Program-made: the position numbers and the translations under genes
NCBI RefSeq assembly: GCF_009914755.1
Contig: NC_060938.1
DNA from: the human T2T-CHM13v2.0 reference genome, Homo sapiens
Length of the DNA stretch: 64,000 nt
Reading direction: 5' to 3' (one strand)
Notes under the pieces: generated by a model
Databases searched by the model: none
What the model was told of the DNA's origin: nothing
What the model saw: the letters and a program-made list of their open reading frames with translations, nothing else
In this document: one piece after another, positions 55,640 through 64,000 of the stretch
Layout: every line of letters starts with the position of its first letter
Numbering within the stretch: the first letter of the stretch is position 1

Positions 55640-56074
55640 ATGGCGGATGCCCCTCCCCCTGCCAGGCTGCTGCCTTGCAGGTTGATCTCAGACTGCTGCG
55701 CTAGAAGTAAGCAAGGCTCTGTGGGCTTGGGATCCACCAAGCCAGGCACGGGATATAATCTCCTGGTGTGCCATTCACTAAAACCATTGGAAAAGCACAG
55801 TATTTGGGTGGGAGTGTCCTGTTTTTCCAGGTACCATCTCTCATGGCTTCCCTTGGCTAGGAAAGGGAGATCCCCCAACTCCTTACGCTTCCTGTGTGAG
55901 GTGATGCCCCGCCCTGCTTCAGATCACCCTCTGTGGGCTGTGCCCACTGTCCAACCAGTCCCCGTGAGACGAACCAGGTACCTCAGTTGGAAATGCACAA
56001 ATCACCAGTCTTCTGTGTCAGTCACACTGGGAGCTGCAGACTGGAGCTGTTCCTATTTGGCCATCTTGGACTAA
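55640..56074 (+). CDS. L1 ORF0-like antisense ORF, open for 144 codons (expression unknown)
   Basis: [20 protein letters not shown] matches the primate ORF0 N-terminus (MAGAPPPASLPPCSLISDCC); strong Kozak context gcaATGG. Confidence 0.5.
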
Positions 56075-56479
56075 TTTTTGTATTTTTAATAGAGATGGGG
56101 TTTCACCATCTTGGCCAGGATGGTCTCAATTTCTTGACCTCGTGATCTGCCTGCCTGTAATTCCAAAGTGCTGGGATTACAGGCATTAGCCACCATGCCC
56201 AGCTGCCATGGTCAAATTTTAACAGAAACACCTTAAAAGATCTTACAGGTCACTAGGAATTTCCTTGTGGGCAAAATATGGGGGAGGCATGTAGCTTTTC
56301 CTCTTGTAACAATCTTCTTTAGGAACCAAATGAGGGAGGCAGGTTTGTGTGATCCAGTTCCCAGCTTGACTTTTCCACTTGGCTTAATGAGTTTGGGGTC
56401 CCAAGATTTAATTTCCTTTCAGAAGACCTATCTGAAAGTCTCTGAAATTAGTAGAATGAGTTCAGACACTGTCTAGCCA

Positions 56480-57040
56480 TCTCCAAGCTTATTTGATTTT
56501 CTTTCAAAGAATACCCACAAAGGTCTACAATCTCTTGTGTTGTTAGGTGTGGCCATGTGAGTTCCTTCTCTTGTTAGGTGTACTCATGTGACTTCCTTCC
56601 CTCATTTGGTATAGTCACGTGACTTCCTGCCCTTGCTAGGTACAGTCATGTGACTTCCTGCCCTTGTTAGGTGTGGTCATGGGACTTCCTGCCCTCGTTA
56701 GGTGTGGTCATGGGACTTCCTGCCCTCGTTAGGTGTGGTCATGGGACTTCCTGCCCTCGTTAGGTGTAGTCATGTGACTTCCTGCGCTTTTTAGGTGCGA
56801 CTGAGTTCTGGCTAATAAAATATCGTGAAAGTGAAGCACATTCACTTCCCAGGCATGTGCTCTTTGGTCTGCATGTCAAGGCCCAAGGCAACCTTGTCAC
56901 AGATAAACTAACAGATCCTTTATCTCTCAGAGTCCCTGAATAACTGCATGGAACAAAGACTGTATATGAGAGAGAAATATACTTCTATTATGTAAAGTCA
57001 CTCTACTACTATTGTCACAGCAGCTAATATGAACTAATGC
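56480..57040 (+). mobile_element. MLT1J-like MaLR LTR containing a minisatellite
   Basis: 'gttaggtgtggccatgtga...ctgagttctggctaat', 'agtccctgaataactgcatggaaca', 'gagagagaaatatacttctatta...aactaatgca'. Confidence 0.75.
56542..56798. repeat. 31-bp minisatellite, ~8.3 copies (GTTAGGTGTGGTCATG(T/G)GACTTCCTGCCCT(T/C))
   Basis: Units start at 56542, 56573, 56604, 56635, 56666, 56697, 56728 and 56759; units 5-7 are identical. Confidence 0.97.
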
Positions 57041-57275
57041 AAGACGTGGTTAAAAAATTTGGGCACTATAACAACAAAAACTAAAACATACAGTACTGTC
57101 TTCATAGTTGGAGAGCAGGCAGCCAGAAAACTGATATTGAGGGTTAGAGGGATGGAGACTTATGACTAGTAATGGCAAAACATTTGGGAAAATGTCAGTG
57201 ATAACTTTTAAGTTAGACAAAATGCTTATTGGGCTTATAGTTCTAAGGAAAGAAATGGAATAAAAGAATGTTAGT

Positions 57276-57921
57276 ACACTTGGCCCTCCATATCTGTGGG
57301 TTCCTCATCCATGGATTCAACCAACCACATATCAAAAATACTTGGAAAAAAATGGATGCTTGCATTTGTACTGAACATGAACAGACTTTTTCCTTATCAT
57401 TCCCTAAACAATACAGTGAAACAGCTATTTACATAGCATTTACATTGTATTAGGTATCATAGTAATCTAGATATGATTTAAAGTATAAAGGGTGATGTGT
57501 GTAGGTTATATGCAAATACGGTACCATTTTATTTTATTTTATTATTGTTTTGAATGGAGTCTCGCTCTGTCACCCAGACTGGAGTGCAGTGGCACAATCT
57601 CCACTCACTGCAGCCTCTGCCTCCCGGTTCAAGTGATTCTTCTGCCTCAGCCTCCCGATTAGCTGGGACTACAGGTGTGCCCCACCACACCTAGCTCATT
57701 TTTTTGTGTGTTTTTAGTAGAGACGGGTTTCACCATGTTGGCCAGGCTGGTCTTGAACTCCTGAGCTCAAGTGATCCACCCCCTCAGTCTCCCAAAGTAA
57801 TGGGATTACAGACGTGAGCCACTGTGCCGGCTGTTTTTATATTCAAGACTTGAGCATCCATAGATTTTGGTATCCATGACAGTCTTGGAACCAATCCTCT
57901 ACAGATACTGAGGGACAACTG
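57276..57921. mobile_element. MER2 TcMar-Tigger MITE, split by an Alu
   Basis: 'ggccctccatatctgtgggttcc..catggattcaaccaacc' through 'gatactgagggacaactg'; TA flanks. Confidence 0.88.
57527..57831 (-). mobile_element. AluS (Sz/Sx-type)
   Basis: Full dimer; 'ctcaagtgatccacc'. Confidence 0.92.
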
Positions 57922-58814
57922 TACTGTATGTGTGTTGACAGCAGCTACATTTTGCAAGGCTTTAGGAGACAGCACTTAAGCAAAAACTGACCAGCTCAAA
58001 AGCAGAAATGAAAGAAAACAGGGTTCAGGAATCTGAGGATTGAGAAGTAGGAAAAGCTGACTGCCACTGGATTGAAAGCAGCAGGAAAATAAGTTGAAAA
58101 AAGATTTTGAGAAGTTAAAGCCCTTCAAGACTCAGTCCTAAGGCCAAGACTTCATTAAGGGTGTGGTGTTCTGTCCCAAGCCTCTGCAAATCACCGCCAT
58201 TGAGTTAAAAAAAGAGTGGAAAAGAGTTGAGTGAGAACAAAATAAATTAGGCTTGACAATTGTGTCTAGGAAAGAAATCTGGGTGTGGTTCTGGATATAA
58301 GGAACTTCCTGGAGGCAAATCAATTAGAAGCTATTAAGAATTGTATAGCAAAAGAACCGTAAGAGCCTGAGTGCTATAGGGAACCTCCTCTCTGATCTTA
58401 AAATAGAGCACTATAATTGAAGTGACACATCTGTGTCATGATAGAGCAAGCTGGGCAGAATGGCCAAAGACTAGGGCCATGGTGAACCCCAGCTGGTCTA
58501 TTTCCAGGCAGTCTCTGCCCTGAGTTTGGTAAAGCTGCTGCACAGGAGACCAGGTTTTAAACATCGTTGGCCCACACATCAGGAACAGTCCCACAGCATG
58601 AGGAAGGCAGCCCAGGCCTGCAGACTTTCCCCTTGCTCTGGTGGCACTTGGCCCCACACCATCTGTGTAAAGCTTCTGGGTCATGCTGCGGATCTGCCAT
58701 AGGAAGTAGGGTTCAGGGGAGCTAGCCTCATCCATCTCACAGCTGTTTCTCACCTCCAGCCCTTGGCCCTCCAAACTTAGGAGAGTTACTAAGGTTCCCT
58801 GAGGCTCACTTCCC

Positions 58815-58900
58815 TTTTTTATTTCTTTTCTTAAAACCTTTTTTATAACAGCTTTATTGAGATGTAATTTATATACCATAATACAATTTACCCATTTAAA
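58815..58900 (-). mobile_element. L1MB/MC 3' terminus fragment
   Basis: 'taacagctttattgagatgtaatttatatacc...tttacccatttaaa'. Confidence 0.7.
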
Positions 58901-59584
58901 ATATATATCATCATCATAAAGCCGAAATTGTTCCCTGAATTAATTCAGGGTGTATTGACATAGTTCCGGTTGTTATTTCACAAAATGGCCTTTGAAAAGA
59001 CTTTCCCCCTTACTTACCATTATCATCATCATCAACAGTAGCAACAGTAATGCTTTATTGAGCACTTATTATGTAATGGGCCAAGAATGGCAAATGGTAT
59101 TTAGGAAATGATATTTATGTATTTTAAGTTTTCTTTGCTATAATTAGGAAAAAAATTAAACTAATTTATTGAAAATTCCTTAATAAACAAGTACATGACT
59201 GATAAATAAACCAATAAATCAATACAATATTGATTACAAATTGAATGATTACAAATAAAAAATTATATGAAGGAAATTAACAGGGTAAAGTAAAAGAGGA
59301 CAAGAGGGAGGAAACTACTTAATTAAAAAGATCTGGGAATAATTATACAAGGAGAAATTTCCATTTAATCATTTATTGCAATAAAATTGATTAGTAAGGT
59401 TTTAAAAAAATTTATATTGAACTCTTTTCATATTTTGGAAACATTTCAATGATGACCTGAAGTCAAGGAGGCAAATCAGTTTTCAATCCATTTGCATTCC
59501 CGGAGAAAAGACTTTTTTATGGTGCACAGGTGGGTCAACACCCTTTGGGTAAGGAGGTTGTGCCCTGGGATAGGATGAAGTTGT

Positions 59585-59925
59585 TAGTGCTGTTCACAAA
59601 TATTGCCCTGTAGAAACATGGTAGGATTGTACTTCACTGCCCTTTTGAAGTTAGGCATGGTCACATGGTTTGCCTTGACCAATGAGATGTGAGCAGAAGT
59701 GATGTATGTCACTCTGGGAGGAAGCCTCAAGAGCCAGTATGCTATTCGCATCTTTCCTTTTCCACCACCACATGAACATGGAAGTCTTCCCCAGCCTGGC
59801 TTCCTAAGTGGTACGGCAAGCTGACTTCTGCCAGCCTGCTTTGGACTGTAGTGTGAATGAGCTAGAAACCTTTGTTGTGCTAGGCCACTGAGATTCTGTA
59901 GTTGCGTAGCTTATTCTGTCTGTTT
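59585..59925 (+). mobile_element. MLT1I/J-type MaLR LTR
   Basis: 'gaagttaggcatggtcacatg..gaccaatgagatgtgagcagaagtgatgtatgtcact', 'aggccactgagatt'. Confidence 0.8.
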
Positions 59926-62439
59926 CAGCACATAAGTCTCAGGATATGGTCACTTTATAAGATCAAAATAAACCAGTCCTTTCTAGGATTCATTTCCTTC
60001 CCCACATCTCACAAGTCTCCAAGCTTCTAGTTCTCACGGCAGAGCCTCCCTGGCCATTTCCTTACATGGGGGCACCCGTCTGTCACTGTCTGAAGGATCC
60101 ACGCACTGCAGCCTTCCAGGCCTGAAAGTCCCCTTGTCTTGGAAAGGGGCTTCTTCTCACCTTGCGTGTAGCTACTTCTTCATGTAGACTCTAAGTCTTA
60201 GGCTCTTTTGCATGGTGGTGTTACTATGACCAGTAGCATTTGCCTTGGGACAGGAACTGAGCTCCTGAGATGGCTCTCCCCTTCTTTTTTCACTTTAGAG
60301 CAACTTTCTGTCTTCTCCTTCTCACCCTTTAATGGACACTGGCCCAGGTGGTTAAACTCCCCTGTCCCATACTCTTCTAGACAAGCTGTCCTGCTCCCAT
60401 GTGCCAGGACTCTCCGGAAGGTTCTGCAGCTTGTCCCTGTCATCTCACTGAACCAGAGCGTGATTCTGACCACACTCCTATTTCTTTTGTATCAGCAGAA
60501 TTTTACCAGTTTCATCTATTTATCTGACATTTTTGTCCCCCCTTTTCATCCTTACTCCACACTTCTTAGGGCTTTAGTAATAAGGTTCCTTACATCTGGA
60601 GAGCTGGGCTGTTACTGTAAGTGGATATGTATCTAGCAGTCTCCTGGGGCTTGATATAGGAAAATTTAGGAAGTAAAATGTATAATTCTTGAATACAAAA
60701 TGTCTACAACCTTGAGAAAGAACTTGTGTATGTGAAATAATGTGTGAATGAAAGAGTATTGCATTTGAGCATTGTATATACAACAGTAAATTGTATGTCA
60801 TATGGTTTAGGCAACTGAAAAATTGGGCAGTAATTGATTAGGCTCAAACTGCATAGTGATCATTTTATTAGCAAGGTACATAAGCCTTGATGAGGTGTTG
60901 AAGAAAAAGACTGCTGCATTTTCTTTCTCATCCTCTCGGGTGTGAAAGAACAATAGTTAAAGGGGAAGTAGAAGGTAAAAGCCACCGATGAGATCAGCAG
61001 AAATGTGGAAATGGGACACTTTTGCTTCATTGGATGACAGAACCTGTACTGAGATGACCACCCAAGTTCACAAGTGGATACAGACAAACCAAGCATTTAC
61101 TGAAACTGTTTTCTTGAGATTCTATAAGAATTATCAAGAGCACAAGTGAAAACCATGGCAAAAGCAAATCCTTTAAATTCATATCGTTGATCTTCATTGT
61201 GAAGGTAGAGAGTGCCTTTTAAAGCTACAGAGACTACAGAAATTAAAGGCTGTGAATCAGGACGCTTCCGCTGAAAGGCATTTAAATACAACCATTTTTG
61301 TTAGCCTCCTGTGGATACCCAAATATATCCCAGAAAATGTCCTCTCTTCTAAGGAGATGTGGCTTTTGGTACATCCCCCTCTTCAGGGAGTCCCACAGCA
61401 TCACTGCAGCTAAACTCCTCCCTGTGGCTTTGTTGTTGTCTGAAACAGCGTTCCAAAGAGGAATTTCTGTCTCTCATTCTTGCAGATGTAAAAAAGTTGG
61501 TGTGTATTGTATGGCTATTTAGCAACAATCAACAAAGCTTATGGGAAAAGAAAAGGTCTCCAAGAAGGGGAAAGAAGTGTGAGAAAAAGCAGCTGTTATC
61601 ACACTTTTATCTTTTCTGAGCCATTAATTTAGTTGTAGATTTCTCCAGATCAACTCCCTTCTCTAACTCTGCTCTAGTCACTCACAAGAGGACAAAAGGT
61701 CAGCAGTTCCTGTGAACACATGGTGCATTTTGACTTGGGCAGGACTAGCTTTCATACAAAACAGCTGAGACAGGGAATTCCGGGTCATGGTTCTTTACCA
61801 CCAGGGCCATTGCATCCACTTCAGCTCGGGCAGCATTTGCCCCCAGCCCTTTCCTCCTTTTGTCTCCCCAGGCTCCATCCTCTGCCCTCACTGGCACCAA
61901 GCAATGCTGCCCATGCTGTTGAGCAATGGACGGGACTTTGGCTGGGCTGGATGCTGCCACCCAATCTCATTCCCTGCCCTGGTCTTGGCTCCCTCCCTGA
62001 TTATCCTCGTCCTTGAGCCCCTGAAGGGCTCTTTGTTCTCCACCACCTCGGTTCACAAGCTGGACCTGTGACCCCCTGAGGATTCCCAGGACTGACCCTG
62101 CACGCCCCAGGATTCTATTTGTATGTCCATATATCCTGTGTCTTGTGTGTCCATACATCTTCCATCCCTCTCCTTGGCAAACCCTGCCAAATGACCACCT
62201 CCATGCAGGTGATCCTCTCTTCTGAGCTTGTCAGCAACTGCTTGATATCTTCTTCTGGGCGCCCACTGGCTCCTCATCTGTAATATGTCTCAAACTCACC
62301 TTCTCTTTTCCAGTTCTCATATTCTGTTCTATCACTTCCCCCTGTTCAGGTCTCAGGGTCTTTTCCACACAGCCTCTTCTTCCTAAAATGTGTCCCCTTT
62401 CCCTGTCTCAGCCACATTCTGTGTATGGCTGCAGTCTCC

Positions 62440-63370
62440 TCATCCCTCTAGGATCAGCAGAATGTTGCCTGCACAGATAACCTACCCCAGACCACCCTCT
62501 CTGAGTAGGTCTCTCCTCTTGTCCTCTCCTGTCACTCTGTGAACTTCCATCATGACACTTCCAACTACACTTGTAATTGTTTCATCTTTTCTTGTCTCTA
62601 GTCTGATTTCCTGACTATCCTCTATGCTCCGCCTGGCAGGGATGAAGTCTGTTTTTTTCAGCACTGAATACTCTTGAGTGTGATGCCTGGCACATAGCAA
62701 AAGCACAGTGATTATGTGCTGAATGAGTGGATGGATCTTCCTGGCCACCCTGCCCTGAACTTTATATATTTTTTCCTCTTTCATGCTCTCCAAATCCAGT
62801 CTCATAATTGTTAACAATCTTGTTCAACATGGGCCCTCATTTTTGGATTCTTGTAATGGTTTCCTAACAAATGTCCCATTTTATTGATTCCCCCTGTTGT
62901 CTCTGTCACCATTACTGCTTGGTGACTTTTTCTTGAAGTGTTTGTCATAATCGTTAGTTATATTCAAAAACCTTCTACTTCTCTTGGAACTTAGCCTGGC
63001 AATCAAGATATCCTGATTGTGTTTTCCATTCCATCCCCTCCAGATCCTCCACCTAGTCACGTGGTGTCTCAGCCTCACCATTTGCACTCTCTGACTGTGC
63101 CCGCGTCTGTGTGTCCTTCCCATCCACCTGCAAGCCCCACTCCCCACTAGAATTAGACCCCGCTCTCTCAGAAGTCTCTACTTTTGTCTGTGTTCACTTA
63201 CAACACATGACTTTCTACCTTGTACTATAGTTTTTTTAATATACCCTCTATTTTCCTAAGTGGTTGGCAAACTTCTCAACAGAGAAGACTATATGTATTT
63301 TTGCACTTTATTTACTCAATGCCTAGAAAATTTGGACTTAATAAATATTTGCTGAATGAATACACAAGTA
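62440..63370 (+). mobile_element. Two L2 3' fragments (about 62440-62735 and 62760-63370)
   Basis: L2 3' ends 'tgcctggcacatagc...tgctgaatgagtggatgga' and 'ttaataaatatttgctgaatgaat'. Confidence 0.75.
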
Positions 63371-64000
63371 ATGTATAACCTTGAATGCAGATCAGCTACA
63401 CTAAGTAGGATAAGAGATGCCAGGTACCGTGAGATGGGGGGAGTGGATCAGAGAGTGCAGAGTTTAAGACCCTTCTCGTTCTCTTCTCAGAGAGGGCTCA
63501 CCTAGTGTGGAGAACTTTCTCTTGAACTCCAAGCTTCTCTGCTACCTTCCTTATTAGACCTTGAAGTGGCAGTGAGGACCCTGGCTCGCAGGCTGTTGTG
63601 AGGAATGGGATGGGGCCTGATCCCTGGCTTCACCTCCTATTGTTTCACCCCACTGCATTAGCTTAGAGCTGACAGAGCAGAATTTGCCTGAGCCCAAAAT
63701 GACCACAAGAAAATAGATCTGGATTGGAATTAGCCTACTGGAAAATGGAACAGTTACCAATTTTTCTTTAACTTTCTTTTCTCCCCTCCTCATCAGATAT
63801 GAGAGTCTAAGTCCTATTGAAATGGTAAAGTTAAAATAATTGCTTTCTAAGACCTAGTAGGTATATTATTTTTTTCCTTGAGGCTCAGGACCTTTTATTA
63901 GCAGAACTTATAGCAAGGTGGAAAATCGGTTTATCTCATGGGCTAGTTCCAACTGTGGGGAAGTTCCCTAGAGCACATTTTCCTCAAATTATTTATCCTC

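Larger units (their letters stand above)
57041..58400 (+). mobile_element. MLT1-internal (MaLR-int) remnant, split by MER2 and an Alu
   Basis: Follows the LTR directly; 'ataacaacaaaaactaaaacata', 'gtaatggcaaaacatttgggaaaatg'. Confidence 0.55.

Noticed and set aside
56542-56798. CRISPR-like array
   Set aside because: The units are head to tail with no unique spacers, there are no cas genes, and the repeat derives from a eukaryotic LTR.
62250-62275. Possible second CTCF motif (minus strand GAGCCAGTGGGCGC)
   Set aside because: It mismatches the key CCA positions of the core.
58436-62277. Several 90-147 aa ORFs in unique-looking DNA
   Set aside because: No recognisable homology; they overlap on both strands and are consistent with chance frames.

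Overview
This is repeat-dense mammalian DNA from a hominoid (human-like) genome, as shown by an SVA, AluY copies and primate L1PA elements. I found no recognisable host protein-coding exon, RNA gene or CpG island. All ORFs I could recognise come from transposons (L2 ORF2, HERV-L gag/pro/pol, L1 ORF1/ORF2/ORF0); the rest look like chance frames. The window reads as intronic or intergenic. The strongest observation is a HERV-L (MLT2A) provirus whose 3.8-kb 3' part, together with a THE1C LTR that had inserted in gag, was inverted exactly between the similar termini of two different LTR families; both target-site duplications (TSDs) are still readable. Other points of note: a MER4A > AluSc > full-length L1PA6/7 nest carrying an open, extended ORF0; a 31-bp minisatellite born from a MaLR LTR that multiplies E-box and ETS motifs; a 33-bp near-perfect fold-back hairpin; a strong CTCF site next to an unusually CpG-rich AluS; and a near-complete L2 ORF2 fossil. 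I see no evidence for a new protein-based system. Repeat subfamily calls are from recalled consensus motifs, not database searches, and boundaries of old repeats are approximate.
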